Positions 52,618 through 64,000 of a DNA stretch of 64,000 nucleotides are shown here, one piece after another. The position numbers were made by a program, and so were the translations under genes. Positions within the stretch are counted from its first letter, which is position 1, and every line of letters starts with the position of its first letter. Below the pieces are notes generated by a model. The model saw only the letters and a list, made by a program, of their open reading frames with translations, had not been told where the DNA came from and made no database searches. The stretch is from Vulcanimicrobiota bacterium (GTDB lineage: Bacteria; Vulcanimicrobiota; Vulcanimicrobiia; Eremiobacterales; Eremiobacteraceae), in the NCBI GenBank assembly GCA_963812135.1, contig CAWETU010000001.1, positions 1,984,001 to 2,048,000 on the forward strand, given 5' to 3'.

Positions 52618-53315
52618 GCGCGGCCTCCGAAATAGACTTTGGATAGCTGCTTCAGATAATTGACGATCTCCCCGCTGTTGAGTTTGCTCGTCCCCGCAGT
52701 CCGATCCGTGAAAACATATGGAAATTCTTTGACGTGCGAATACTTCCCTTTGAGTATCACCTCGAGCCCGATCTTGAATCCGATCGGATCGAGCTTCACG
52801 CCGTCGATGACGCTGCGTTTGCAGAAGAAAAACCCAGACGTGATATCTCTCACTCGCGTCAATGGCCGCGCGAGCGCGATCGCTACGCGCGACGTGATCT
52901 TGCGCCGCCACGGCCAGTTGGTGATGCCGCCGCCTTTGACGTAGCGGCTGCCGATCGCCAACTCGCATTCGCCGCGTTGGATGGCGCCCACGAGCAGCGG
53001 CACGATCGCCGGATCGTGGCTGAAGTCGGCATCCATCACGCCGATGATCGGCGATGTGCATGTCGCCCAGCCGTCGATCACGGCGGACGAGAGCCCGAGT
53101 TTGCCGGCGCGATGGACGCAGCGCACGGGATACTTCGCCGCAAGCGAGTCGACGAGCGCGCCCGTGCCGTCGGGCGAGTTGTCGTCCACGATGACGATCT
53201 CGCCGTTGATGCTGTTGGCTTTGAACACGCCGGTCAAGGCGTCGATCAGCTTTTCGATGCCGAGCGCTTCATTATATGTGGGGACGACGACCGAGACGTC
53301 ATAGGGCGTAGTCAT
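52614..53315 (-). CDS. Polyprenol monophosphomannose synthase-like GT2
   Basis: PTYNE, VDDNSPDGT, MDADFSH, GSRY. Confidence 0.9.
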   Translation of the reverse strand: MTTPYDVSVVVPTYNEALGIEKLIDALTGVFKANSINGEIVIVDDNSPDGTGALVDSLAAKYPVRCVHRAGKLGLSSAVIDGWATCTSPIIGVMDADFSHDPAIVPLLVGAIQRGECELAIGSRYVKGGGITNWPWRRKITSRVAIALARPLTRVRDITSGFFFCKRSVIDGVKLDPIGFKIGLEVILKGKYSHVKEFPYVFTDRTAGTSKLNSGEIVNYLKQLSKVYFGGRA

Positions 53316-53372
53316 GTGAATATTGCGTTCTTTGCGTCGAAAAGTGTCACCTGGGCGCGAGCCGGCGCTTGC

Positions 53373-54104
53373 TCACCACCAGCCTCGGCGTGCCGCCAGT
53401 GCGGCGAGCATCGCGGACGCAGCGGTCTCCGTGCGCAGAATAGTCGGGCCCAGCGATACGAGCGGGCAACCGCTCTCTTTCGCGGCCGCGACCTCGGCGT
53501 CGGTGAGCCCGCCCTCGGGCCCGATCGCGATCGCGATGCTGCGCGCCTCACCGATCCCGTCGACCGCCGCGGCAAACGAACCGGGCGCGGCGTTCTCGTA
53601 TGCGACGAGCGGCGGCGTGTCGAGGTCCGACGCGCAAAGGGCGTCGACCCAGGCTGTCGGCTCCGCGACTTCGGGAAGGTAGCGGCGGCGCGACTGCTGC
53701 GCTGCCGACCGAGCGATGCGCCGCCAGCGTTCGATCTTCGCATCGTTCGCCTGGGCGTAGCTGCGTTCGCAGATCACGGGTACGATGCGGCGCGCACCGA
53801 GCTCGACCGCTTTCTCGACGACCTCGTCGAACTTCGCGCCTTTGGCAATCGCCTGCAGCACGGATACCACGACCGGCAATTCGCCGCCGGTCTCCGCACG
53901 CGGTGTGATGATGCGCGCTTGGACATGCCCGCGCGCGACGTCGCTGAGCGTCGCGTCCCACGCGGTGCCATCTCGCACGATCACAAGCGGATCGCCGCTG
54001 CGCATTCGCAAGACCTCGATGGCGTGATGCGCGTCGTCGTGGCGCAACTCGATGTGTTCCCCGGCTTTGCATTCGCCATCGGCAAAAAACCGCGGCGCGC
54101 TCAT
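53373..54104 (-). CDS. rsmE: 16S rRNA m3U1498 methyltransferase
   Basis: VLRM, KAVELG, IGPEGG, LGPTILRTETA. Confidence 0.95.
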   Translation of the reverse strand: MSAPRFFADGECKAGEHIELRHDDAHHAIEVLRMRSGDPLVIVRDGTAWDATLSDVARGHVQARIITPRAETGGELPVVVSVLQAIAKGAKFDEVVEKAVELGARRIVPVICERSYAQANDAKIERWRRIARSAAQQSRRRYLPEVAEPTAWVDALCASDLDTPPLVAYENAAPGSFAAAVDGIGEARSIAIAIGPEGGLTDAEVAAAKESGCPLVSLGPTILRTETAASAMLAALAARRGWW

Positions 54105-54979
54105 GGCTTGCGGTGCTCGTAGGCGAACCAGGGACCGCGGCGGCGCTCGGACACAAATTCAAGGCGGGCTTGTGCGAACGCGGCGAGCGTGGCGAGTCTA
54201 CCTCGAGCGGCGATGCCGCTGGTGATGAGGTAGCCACCGCGCACGAGTTTTGCGGCGAACGCGCGAGCCATCTTCTGAAGAACCTCTGCAGTGATGTTCG
54301 CGACGATGAACGCGGCGCGCGGAAAAGCGGCCGGCGTCCGATCGGAGCGCACCAGCGCACGCGCACGAAGTGCGTTCGCCTTAAAGTTGTCCTTCGCCAC
54401 ACGCACGGCGATGGGATCGTCGTCGAAGGCGTAGGCGAGCGCGCCACGCTGCACCGCCGCGAGCGCGAGAATGCCCGATCCACATCCCGCGTCGATGACG
54501 ACGTCGCCGGGCGCGATACGTGCGAGCAGCAGCTCCGCCGCCGCAGCGGTCGTCGCGTGGCGTCCGGTGCCGAATGCCATGCCGGGATCGAGCCACAGAA
54601 CATCCGCGCCGTGCGGCGGACGAAAACTCCGCGCCCATGACGGAGCCACCCACAGGCCGGCGGCGAGGCGCAGCGGCCGATAGTGCCGTTTCATCTCGGC
54701 GGCCCAGTCGCGCTCGGCGACGCGCGCGTGACTCAATAAAGCGCCCCGCAAAATCGACTCTGATTGCAGCGATCTCAGACGCCGGCGTAAGCTCTGGAAC
54801 AGCGCGACAGCTTGCACGCCGTCGCGCACGAACGCGCTGGCCGTCACGAACCGTGATGCTTCGCGCTGCTCGAGAGCGATGGGAGCGCCCGTCACGTCGT
54901 TCAACAGGGCGCGCGCGGGTTCGGCGTCGGCCGCCCGAGCCTCAAGCGACAGGCGTCGCCATACCGGCTGCGCCATCAC
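54101..54979 (-). CDS. prmA: Ribosomal protein L11 methyltransferase
   Basis: LDPGMAFGTGRHATT, DAGCGSGIL, VANI. Confidence 0.93.
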   Translation of the reverse strand: MMAQPVWRRLSLEARAADAEPARALLNDVTGAPIALEQREASRFVTASAFVRDGVQAVALFQSLRRRLRSLQSESILRGALLSHARVAERDWAAEMKRHYRPLRLAAGLWVAPSWARSFRPPHGADVLWLDPGMAFGTGRHATTAAAAELLLARIAPGDVVIDAGCGSGILALAAVQRGALAYAFDDDPIAVRVAKDNFKANALRARALVRSDRTPAAFPRAAFIVANITAEVLQKMARAFAAKLVRGGYLITSGIAARGRLATLAAFAQARLEFVSERRRGPWFAYEHRKP

Positions 54980-56079
54980 TCGTTGCCGAGCGCGCGTTTG
55001 ACTTTCTTGAAAAGGTTCGGTTCTTGGATCTCTTCACCGCCGGCTTTGGCGTATGATTCGAGCAGTTCGCGCTGCTTGCGCGTCAGGCGCGAAGGCACGA
55101 CGACATTGATGTCGACGATGAGATCGCCGCGGCCGCTCGCGCGGAATCGCGGCAGACCGCGACCCGGAATGCGAAAGCGCGTGCCGCCCTGCGTACCGGC
55201 AGGCAGCTCGAGCGATGCGGCGCCGTCAAGGCCTTCCACCTCGAGCCGTGCGCCCAGCGCCGCCTGCGTGAACGACACGTCCGTGTCGCAGTGCAGATCC
55301 GCGCCGTCGCGTTCGAAGGTGTCGTGCGGCTCCATCGCGAGAAAGACGTACAGATCGCCGCTCGGCGCGCCGCGCTCGCCGGCCTCGCCCAACCCGGCGA
55401 AGCGCAAACGCGTGCCCTCATCCACGCCGGCGGGCACCTTGACCGAAAGCTTCTTCTTCAGCTCGCGCCGCCCGCGACCGCGACATGATTTGCATGGATC
55501 GGTGATGACGCCGCCCGAGCCGCCGCAGCGCGGGCAAACGCCTGTCGTCACGAACTGCCCGAGCATCGTGTTTCGCATGGACCGCACTTGACCGCTGCCC
55601 CGGCACTGCGGACACGTCGTGGGCGCGCTCTTGTCGGCCGAGCCGGTGCCCGCGCAGACGTCGCAGCGGCCCAGATGCGTGTAGGTTATCTCGTGTTCGG
55701 CGCCCGTCATCACATCGTCGAGCGTGACGGAAAGGTCGTAGCGCAGGTCGGCACCGCGTTGCGGCTGCGTTCGCCCGCGTTGACCGCCGAAGAACGCTTC
55801 GAAGAGATCGCCGAATGGCGCGAAGTCGCCGAAGTTAGGCACGCCCTGCGTGTCCGTGTGGCCGAACCGGTCGTATTGCGCCCGGCGCTGGATGTCCGAG
55901 AGCACGACGTACGCCTCGTTGATCTCTTTGAACCGCGTTTCCGCCGCGCCCTTATCGCTCGCGCCGACGACGTCAGGGTGATGGCGGCGTGCCAGATCGC
56001 GATACGCGCGCTTGATCTCCGCATCCGTCGCGGTGCGGGAGACCCCGAGCACTTCGTAATAGTCGCGTTTGACCGGCAC
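54976..56079 (-). CDS. dnaJ: Chaperone DnaJ
   Basis: J-domain HPD and four CxxCxGxG repeats. Confidence 0.97.
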   Translation of the reverse strand: MPVKRDYYEVLGVSRTATDAEIKRAYRDLARRHHPDVVGASDKGAAETRFKEINEAYVVLSDIQRRAQYDRFGHTDTQGVPNFGDFAPFGDLFEAFFGGQRGRTQPQRGADLRYDLSVTLDDVMTGAEHEITYTHLGRCDVCAGTGSADKSAPTTCPQCRGSGQVRSMRNTMLGQFVTTGVCPRCGGSGGVITDPCKSCRGRGRRELKKKLSVKVPAGVDEGTRLRFAGLGEAGERGAPSGDLYVFLAMEPHDTFERDGADLHCDTDVSFTQAALGARLEVEGLDGAASLELPAGTQGGTRFRIPGRGLPRFRASGRGDLIVDINVVVPSRLTRKQRELLESYAKAGGEEIQEPNLFKKVKRALGNE

Positions 56080-56081
56080 TG

Positions 56082-57161
56082 TTAGACTTGCGCTTCGTCT
56101 TGGAAGAGCGTATTGAGACTCTCAGCCACGTGGTTGACGAGCGCGAGCAGCCGAGCGTACTGCATGCGCCGCGGACCTAAGATGCCGAGCGCGCCCGCGT
56201 TGCGGTCGCCCACTCGATACGGCACGGTCACGACGCTACACTCGTTCATGTCTGCACTCCCGAGCTCGCGCCCGATGCTTACCGTCGCGCCTTCGTGCTG
56301 CAGCGATTCTTGCAGCCACCGATAGATCGTCTGCTGGTCCTCCAGTAGCTCGAGGATCGCGCGCAGCTTGCGGAAATCGCGGAACTCTTGCTGGTCGAGC
56401 AGGTTGTTCGCACCGCCCGAGAACAAGCGCCGATCGATCTCGGCGTCGCCATGTTCTGCGACGATGCCGGCGATCGCGCGCAGCAGGTCTTGGGGCAACG
56501 CTGTCTCGCGCGCGAGCTCCGCGAGCGTGCCGCTCGATATATCGCTCAGCCTGCGGCCGGCGAGGCGGGCGTTGAAATTGTTGCAGGCGCGCGTGAGTTG
56601 ATCGGGATCGACGTCGGTGGCGACTTCGATGGTCGCTTGCGCGGCGATGCCGAGATTGGTGACGAGCACGACGTGCACGTGGCGCGCGTTCACCCAGATG
56701 AGCTGCAAGTGTCGAAACGTCTGGCTGTCGAGCCGCGGCGCGACGGCGAACGCGATGTTGCGCGTCAGGTTGGAGAGCACGTGCGACGCGTGGTCGACCG
56801 CGCTGTCGAGCTGCGTCCGCGCACGATGGATCTCGGTGTTGATCAGCTCGCGCTCTTCCGCGCTCAGTATCTCGGGTTGGATGAGACGATCGACGTAATA
56901 GCGATAACCGCGATCCGATGGAACTCGCCCAGCTGAGGTGTGCGGCTGGTCGAGGTAGCCTTCGTCTTCGAGCGCGGCCATCTCGGCGCGCACGGTCGCG
57001 GGGCTGACTCCGAGATTGTATTTTTGGGTGAGCGTCGCCGACCCGACCGGCTCGCCGGTCGCGATGTATTCGTACACGACGGTACCCAGGATCGAGTGCT
57101 TCCGACGGTCCAGCTGCGGACCATCCGGCGGGGCAGGTTTCTTCTTCTCTTCTTTTGCCAT
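56082..57161 (-). CDS. hrcA: Heat-inducible transcription repressor
   Basis: EPVGS, SPATVR.EM, QPHTSAGRVPSD.GYRYYVD, GP.RM.Y. Confidence 0.96.
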   Translation of the reverse strand: MAKEEKKKPAPPDGPQLDRRKHSILGTVVYEYIATGEPVGSATLTQKYNLGVSPATVRAEMAALEDEGYLDQPHTSAGRVPSDRGYRYYVDRLIQPEILSAEERELINTEIHRARTQLDSAVDHASHVLSNLTRNIAFAVAPRLDSQTFRHLQLIWVNARHVHVVLVTNLGIAAQATIEVATDVDPDQLTRACNNFNARLAGRRLSDISSGTLAELARETALPQDLLRAIAGIVAEHGDAEIDRRLFSGGANNLLDQQEFRDFRKLRAILELLEDQQTIYRWLQESLQHEGATVSIGRELGSADMNECSVVTVPYRVGDRNAGALGILGPRRMQYARLLALVNHVAESLNTLFQDEAQV

Positions 57162-57187
57162 TAGCAGTCAGCACAGGAGAGTGCTAA
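57161..57187. promoter_or_regulatory. CIRCE operator
   Basis: TTAGCAGTC-N9-GAGTGCTAA, one mismatch to the consensus. Confidence 0.93.
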
Positions 57188-57304
57188 TCCTCGGATACGC
57201 CGCCACGAGGACGCACCCCTCCCGCGGGACGGTTTCATCCGCGGCTCATGCGCTTCTCACGCGGCTTTCCGGCGGCTTGGAGCTGCCGGCGAGACAATAG
57301 GACC

Positions 57305-58240
57305 ATGTTCCGCGCTGTCACCATCGCAACGTTGCTCTCGTTCTTCTCGGGCTGCGCGCTCGCGGGCGCATCGGCTGCCAACGACGCGCCAGCTTCGATC
57401 GTGTCCGGCGGCATCACGCGTGACTATTTCGTGCACGTGCCGGCGTCGTACGATGCGACCCGCCCGACCGCGCTCGTTCTCATCTTTCACGGTGGCGGCG
57501 GCGAAGCGCGTGGCATGGCTCGCCTTTCCGGCATGGACGACGTGTCCGATCGTCACGGTTTCATCGCGGTGTACCCGCAGGGCATCAACCGCCAGTGGAA
57601 AGATGGGCGCACCCAAGTCTTGAGCGGCAATGACGACGTCGCGTTTATCTCGTCGTTGATCAGTGCGCTCGAAACAAGATACCGCATCGACCCGAAACGC
57701 GTCTACGCGACCGGCATCTCGAACGGCGCCTTCTTCTCGTTCCGGCTCGCATGCGACTTAGGCAGTGAGATCGCAGCCATTGCACCGGTCGCCGGATCAA
57801 CGCCGGTCGGCTTTCACGACGCGTGCAAGAGCCAACCCGTTTCGGTGCTCATGATCAACGGCACTGACGATAAACTCGTGATGTTCGACGGCGGCCGCGT
57901 CGGCGGGCCGTTCGTCAATCAGGGCGAGTCCATTCCGGTCGCGCAGACGTTCGCGCAGTGGTTGAAAACCGACGCCTGCTCGGCGCCGCCACGCCAAACG
58001 ACGCTCCAAGATGCGGATCCGTTGGATGGCACGACGACGATGGTGCAAGCGTACGACCGCTGCCGCGAGGGTTCTGCGGTGTGGCTTTACACGATCGAGG
58101 GCGGCGGCCACACCTGGCCCGACGGGCCGCAGTATCTTCCGAAATCGATCATCGGAAAAGTCAGCTATGACTTTGACGCGAGCGAGACGATCTGGCAGTT
58201 CTTCGAATCGCATCCAGCACGCCAAGCCGTCACATATTAA
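57305..58240 (+). CDS. Secreted esterase (PHB depolymerase/LpqC-like)
   Basis: FHGGGG, VYPQG, TGISNGA, GGGHTWP. Confidence 0.88.
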   Translation: MFRAVTIATLLSFFSGCALAGASAANDAPASIVSGGITRDYFVHVPASYDATRPTALVLIFHGGGGEARGMARLSGMDDVSDRHGFIAVYPQGINRQWKDGRTQVLSGNDDVAFISSLISALETRYRIDPKRVYATGISNGAFFSFRLACDLGSEIAAIAPVAGSTPVGFHDACKSQPVSVLMINGTDDKLVMFDGGRVGGPFVNQGESIPVAQTFAQWLKTDACSAPPRQTTLQDADPLDGTTTMVQAYDRCREGSAVWLYTIEGGGHTWPDGPQYLPKSIIGKVSYDFDASETIWQFFESHPARQAVTY

Positions 58241-58363
58241 CCTTTCTTCATTATTCGTCCCGTAATGTGGCACAAACGCTTGTTCGTAGCTGCTACTAGC
58301 TGTAAGCTGTTTGGGACACGGCGGCTTCGTGGAACGTTAAGTGAACGACGGAGGTTCTGCGAG

Positions 58364-58594
58364 TTGAAGAAATACGAATGCGGACGGTGCTCGTACTCCT
58401 GCGATGGATTGCAAGAGTTCGGCGATCATCCGTGTTTGGGAACGAACCCCGTGCTTGCGTCGCTCAGTCGCGTGTTCTATTTCCCGGATTTCAAAATCGA
58501 CCTGAGAGCGGTCGTCAGAGAGAGCATCCAGAAGGCCCGGCTCCGCCTTGCCGTAGACGGCATCGAAGACTCGCTGCGACGGGGCGAGCTCTAA
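58364..58594 (+). CDS. Small protein with N-terminal zinc-finger-like motif
   Basis: GGAGG then TTG; YECGRC-x12-HPC. Confidence 0.45.
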   Translation: MKKYECGRCSYSCDGLQEFGDHPCLGTNPVLASLSRVFYFPDFKIDLRAVVRESIQKARLRLAVDGIEDSLRRGEL

Positions 58595-58598
58595 GCGG

Positions 58599-59855
58599 TC
58601 AGGCGTCGGCCGCGCCCTTCTTGAGAGAGAACACCACTTGGTCCCATTGCCACAGTCGCTGAAAGAACTCGCGAGCGCCATCGCGTTCGCCTGACTCGAG
58701 GCAGATTTCTTCGATCGTGCGCTTGCCATCGATCGCGGCCAATAACCGCTCCTCGCGCGCGTCGATTGGCAGATAGAGATCGTTGTCCGTGTGGTTGCGG
58801 TTGATGACCACGGCCGACGCTCCCGTAGGAAGCCGGTCTCGGTCTCGCACCGCAAGCGTATCGGGTAAGCGAATCGGCGTGTAACCAAGCCACTCGTCGC
58901 CAGCGAAATCGACCGACGCGTCCTTTGATGGTCGATCCGCTCTATATGCCACGACGCTGTGACGGACCATGGTGCCACGGAACAGTTCCATGACGGCGTA
59001 TTGCTCGTGCGGCGGCAGTGCAGTGAGCTTTGCCGCATGCGGTGTCGACATAATCGCGCCGCACGAAGGAAGGTACGGCGCCTGGCGCACCCAGCGCCCG
59101 AACTGCAAATCGGCGCGAGCGAGGAACTCCATAAGCTGTGGAACCGAGTACGCTCGGTCCTGAGGATGAAGCAGTGCGTCGGCAACGCCATCGGCGTTTG
59201 CAAAGTCTGGCGATGCGCGTAGGAGCGGCGCAAGCGGATGGTCCGCCGGGAGGGCGCGCAGCGTAGCCGCGAGCTCGCGGATCTCTGATGTGGTCGAGCC
59301 GATGCGCAGGCGGCGACAATACTCTTGAAGCATGTAGACGCCCGCTCGACCGTAGGGCGCGTAGACCATCAGGCTGATCGCGCCGGCCGGCTGGAGCACG
59401 TCGCGCAACGCTCGCAGACCTGCATCGGGGTCGACCAAGTGATGCAGCACGCCGGTGCATACCACGTGCTCGAACGACCGTCCAAGTTCGGCGACGCGCT
59501 CCACTGGGAGCTCGTGCACTTCGAGATTGTCGAGCGCATGCTTGCGCTTCAACTCGCGCGTGTGCGCGATGCTTGTCGCGCTTACATCGATTCCGATCAC
59601 TTCGGCGCGAGGCCAGCGCAGTGCGTAATGCGCTGCCTGGATCGTACCGCAGCCGGCCACAAGTATGCTTCGGTCTTCGCGGTAAGGCTCGGCGGGCCAA
59701 AAGAGATATGCTTCGACGCGACGGCGCTGGTCATCCCACGAACGGCGATATGCTTCGAGGTCGTCTATGGGCGGCGGGTAGGGGTGATTTTCATAGAATG
59801 CGCTCACCTGCGCGGCGATTGCATTGTCTGAGCCTTCCATGCTCCGTTGATTCAA
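58599..59855 (-). CDS. Class I SAM-dependent methyltransferase
   Basis: FYENHPYP, ILVAGCGT, CTGVLHHL.DP, DALLHP. Confidence 0.87.
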   Translation of the reverse strand: MNQRSMEGSDNAIAAQVSAFYENHPYPPPIDDLEAYRRSWDDQRRRVEAYLFWPAEPYREDRSILVAGCGTIQAAHYALRWPRAEVIGIDVSATSIAHTRELKRKHALDNLEVHELPVERVAELGRSFEHVVCTGVLHHLVDPDAGLRALRDVLQPAGAISLMVYAPYGRAGVYMLQEYCRRLRIGSTTSEIRELAATLRALPADHPLAPLLRASPDFANADGVADALLHPQDRAYSVPQLMEFLARADLQFGRWVRQAPYLPSCGAIMSTPHAAKLTALPPHEQYAVMELFRGTMVRHSVVAYRADRPSKDASVDFAGDEWLGYTPIRLPDTLAVRDRDRLPTGASAVVINRNHTDNDLYLPIDAREERLLAAIDGKRTIEEICLESGERDGAREFFQRLWQWDQVVFSLKKGAADA

Positions 59856-59888
59856 TTAGGTCCTTAAAAAAGCTCTGTGGGTCGGAAC

Positions 59889-59920
59889 AAAATGCGAAGG
59901 GGCGCGCCGAGCGCGCCCCT
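59889..59920 (-). terminator. Terminator-like hairpin after the arylsulfatase gene
   Basis: AGGGGCGCGC/GCGCGCCCCT stem with a short downstream T-run on the minus strand. Confidence 0.55.
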
Positions 59921-59946
59921 CCACGTCCGTTCGCCGAATGCGAATC

Positions 59947-61464
<1,518 letters not shown>

Positions 61465-61558
61465 TTTGGCCTTTCCTTATGGTTAGGTGGTCAGAGTTAG
61501 AGTCCGAGGGGCTTCGTCAAAGGCGTTTCGTACCTTCGTTAAAGTCCTTAATAATAGG

Positions 61559-62314
61559 TCATACCTGCGAGGAGTCTTTGGGTTTGAGTTCAGCGCGTAG
61601 GCCCTCACCCAGCGTCGTATGCGCCTTTTCGCCCGCTTTGAGCTCAGCGGGTTCCCAGGGTTCCCACTCTTCCCAGCCGAGCGCCTGCGCGGTCAACCGG
61701 AAGCCGAACCCAAAGATCCACGCGATGCCAGTCGACACGATGACCGACAACCCCATGGCATCTTTGAGGATCAGATAGAGCGCCGCAGTCATCGCTGCGG
61801 TGAGCACGAAGAACCCGCCTCGAACCAGCTGCTGCGGAATCACGCCGCACGAAATATCGATTATATATCGTCCGCCGGTGGTGCCAATCACGCCAATCAG
61901 AATCGCCGCGCCGTATCCCAGGTGGGCCGTGACGGCTGCGTCCGCTCCGACGATCGCATACCACGGCAGCGAGAATGCCGTCATAAACTGGAACAGGCCG
62001 TCCTGGAACTTTATCTCGGCACGCAGGGTGATGAGCAGTGCCACTCCCGCGGCTGCGAAGCACGCGATCAGATACCAAGGATTTACGAGTGGCGACGGTA
62101 CCTTGTTGAGGAGTACGTCGCGCAAAACGCCGCCGCCGATTCCTCCGGCGTATGCCAGCAGGAGGACGCCCACCATAGTGAAGTGCTTGTAATGGCTCGG
62201 CCTACGAGCCAAGAGCGCACCGTTAAACGCGTTGGTCGTCGCAGCGATCAGGTCGATGTAGCCGAGCGTCCCAAGCGTCAAGAATCCGAACTGGGTGAGG
62301 ATGAGCGGCGTCAT
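61559..62314 (-). CDS. TRIC/UPF0126 family membrane protein
   Basis: GGGVLRDVLL and GGRYIIDI repeats. Confidence 0.8.
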   Translation of the reverse strand: MTPLILTQFGFLTLGTLGYIDLIAATTNAFNGALLARRPSHYKHFTMVGVLLLAYAGGIGGGVLRDVLLNKVPSPLVNPWYLIACFAAAGVALLITLRAEIKFQDGLFQFMTAFSLPWYAIVGADAAVTAHLGYGAAILIGVIGTTGGRYIIDISCGVIPQQLVRGGFFVLTAAMTAALYLILKDAMGLSVIVSTGIAWIFGFGFRLTAQALGWEEWEPWEPAELKAGEKAHTTLGEGLRAELKPKDSSQV

Positions 62315-62315
62315 G

Positions 62316-63209
62316 CTATGCTTTCGAAGCCCCCGCGGCCGGCGCGGCCGAACGATGGAAATAGATGCGGAAGATGACAGTCACCACGAATTGTATGATG
62401 AGATAGGTCAGTACGGCGGCGCCGACGAGCGTACCCGGAAAGCTCGCCGTGGCAATCACTGCACACGACCCGACGTTGCGCAGTGCCGTCGCGATACTGA
62501 GCGTCCGCCGATACTCGAGCTCCGGACCACCAAGCAGCCAACCAGTGAAAACCGCGAGAATCGAGATGACGAGCGCCGCAAGCATGCCATGCGAACCATA
62601 GACAGACGAAACGGATTCGACGATCGTCTTCCCAAGCAAGACGAGCAGCGCGATCACCGCCAATGCGAACAGCACGGTGAGCGGACGCTGCAGCTTCTCG
62701 GCGAGCGCCGGAGCTCGATCCGCCACGAGCATCCCTATCAGCAGCGGCACGAGTTGGAAGACAACAAGCGTCACCACGAGCTGCACGGCCGGCAGATGGG
62801 CTTGCGCGTCCGGCGGGAGCACGAGGCGAGCGGTCAGCGGGATCGTGATGATGGAAAGCGCTGGCATGATGAACGCGAGCGCCGCCGCGAAGCCAAGACT
62901 GCCGCCAGACTTGCGCGCCGCCGCTCGCACCAAAAACGGGACGCCGGGCGCAATGGCCATCAGCAAGATACCGATCGCGATGTCGCCTTCCACATGGAAT
63001 AAGCGCACGGTGACGACACCGAACAACGGAACGATGATGAAATTCGCAAGCACGGCGCGTGCGATCAGGCCGAAGTCTTTCAGCGCCGCCATGAGATGCG
63101 CGCGGTTGATCTCCATCCCCGCGCCCAGCATCAGCGAGACGAGCATCACGACCGCGATGATCTTCTGCGGACTCATCCACACGCTCCTTAACTCTACGAG
63201 CTGAGGCAT
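62316..63209 (-). CDS. Bile acid:sodium symporter family protein
   Basis: MLGAGM, LANFIIVP, LMAIAPG, ATALRN. Confidence 0.8.
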   Translation of the reverse strand: MPQLVELRSVWMSPQKIIAVVMLVSLMLGAGMEINRAHLMAALKDFGLIARAVLANFIIVPLFGVVTVRLFHVEGDIAIGILLMAIAPGVPFLVRAAARKSGGSLGFAAALAFIMPALSIITIPLTARLVLPPDAQAHLPAVQLVVTLVVFQLVPLLIGMLVADRAPALAEKLQRPLTVLFALAVIALLVLLGKTIVESVSSVYGSHGMLAALVISILAVFTGWLLGGPELEYRRTLSIATALRNVGSCAVIATASFPGTLVGAAVLTYLIIQFVVTVIFRIYFHRSAAPAAGASKA

Positions 63210-63283
63210 TCGTCAGGTCCCCGCCATTCCCGCGCGGATTCTCAAAAAGTAATAGATGCGACCTCGCACCTACGAATAGCCGG

Positions 63284-64000
63284 CTATCTAAGGAAGGCCG
63301 AGACCTCTTCGAGCGAGTGGACGCGCCGGGCCGGCGGCAGCGATGCCATGATGCGCCTGCCATACGCCATCGTCTCCAGCCGCCCGTCGAGCACGCACAT
63401 CAGCCCCTTGTCCGAGCGGCTGCGGATGAGCCTTCCGAGGCCTTGTTTGAGCCGCGTGATCGCGGCAGGCACCATGAGCGCGTCGAACGATCCGACGCCG
63501 CGCGCTTCCAGCATTTGCGCGCGCGCCGCGATGATGGGGTCGTCGGGCGGCGGGAACGGGATGCGGTCGATGATGACGCACGACAGCGCTTTGCCGATCA
63601 CGTCGACGCCTTCCCAAAACGATGCGGTTGCGAACAGTACCGGGTGCTCCTCGGCCCGGAACCACTCGAGGATCTGCGATTTGGGCGATTCGCCCTGCAC
63701 GCGGTATGGGAAGGGAAGCGTCGGCCCTAGCGTCGCGGCGACCTCGCGCATCACCGCATACGAGGTGAAGAGCACAAATGCGCGGCCCTGGGTGGCGTGA
63801 AGCACGCCGTCGATGATCTGCGTCGCGCGTTGCGCGAAACGCGGATCCTTCGGGTTCGGCTTTTCAGGCGGCAGATAGAGCATCGCCTGTCGTTCGAAAT
63901 CGAACGGCGACTCGAGCGCAAGCTCGTCAACCGGCGTGTTGTCGAGCCCGACCTGGCGCTTGAGATAGTCAAACGTGTCTCCCGTGGCGATCGTGGCCGA
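63284..64000 (-). CDS. DinG/YoaA family helicase, C-terminal part (5' end outside window)
   Basis: VLFTSY, SFWEGVD, IDRIPF, KQGLGRLIRS; the frame continues to the edge (SATI...SPFD). Confidence 0.92.
   Translation of the reverse strand, partial: SATIATGDTFDYLKRQVGLDNTPVDELALESPFDFERQAMLYLPPEKPNPKDPRFAQRATQIIDGVLHATQGRAFVLFTSYAVMREVAATLGPTLPFPYRVQGESPKSQILEWFRAEEHPVLFATASFWEGVDVIGKALSCVIIDRIPFPPPDDPIIAARAQMLEARGVGSFDALMVPAAITRLKQGLGRLIRSRSDKGLMCVLDGRLETMAYGRRIMASLPPARRVHSLEEVSAFLR

Overview
GC-rich bacterial chromosomal segment. The gene content (TonB-type outer-membrane barrels together with Firmicute-like hrcA-dnaJ-prmA-rsmE and hemE-hemH-hemY operons) suggests a diderm Terrabacteria lineage such as Eremiobacterota/WPS-2; this is an inference. 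Positions 1-28.9 kb are mostly accessory or envelope genes: TonB-like receptor, Kelch protein, LCP, site-2 protease, two DUF1254/DUF1214 genes, a NiCoT transporter, a BKACE operon, tRNA-Asn and secreted/outer-membrane proteins. Positions 28.9-57.2 kb are mostly housekeeping: hem genes, metK, ahcY, folD, an ECF sigma/anti-sigma/RseB-like trio, etfAB, accAD and the hrcA operon with a CIRCE. Four observations stand out. (1) A 23-nt GTAG-type REP palindrome occurs in at least 7 co-oriented copies. Three are translated in-frame inside housekeeping proteins (HemY, Ppx, AccD) as the peptide VAV[DE]xxRP, and one supplies the metK stop codon. (2) tRNA-Leu(UAA) is interrupted by a 218-nt group I intron at the cyanobacterial/plastid position. 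(3) A membrane protein ends in the RAPP arrest motif, and those codons are complementary to the Shine-Dalgarno region of the next gene (LCP). (4) A ~100-bp terminator+promoter module is duplicated on either side of a DUF1254 gene. Five single-base frameshifts and a 355-bp duplication point to possible assembly or sequencing errors. No CRISPR array, integrase or transposase was seen.
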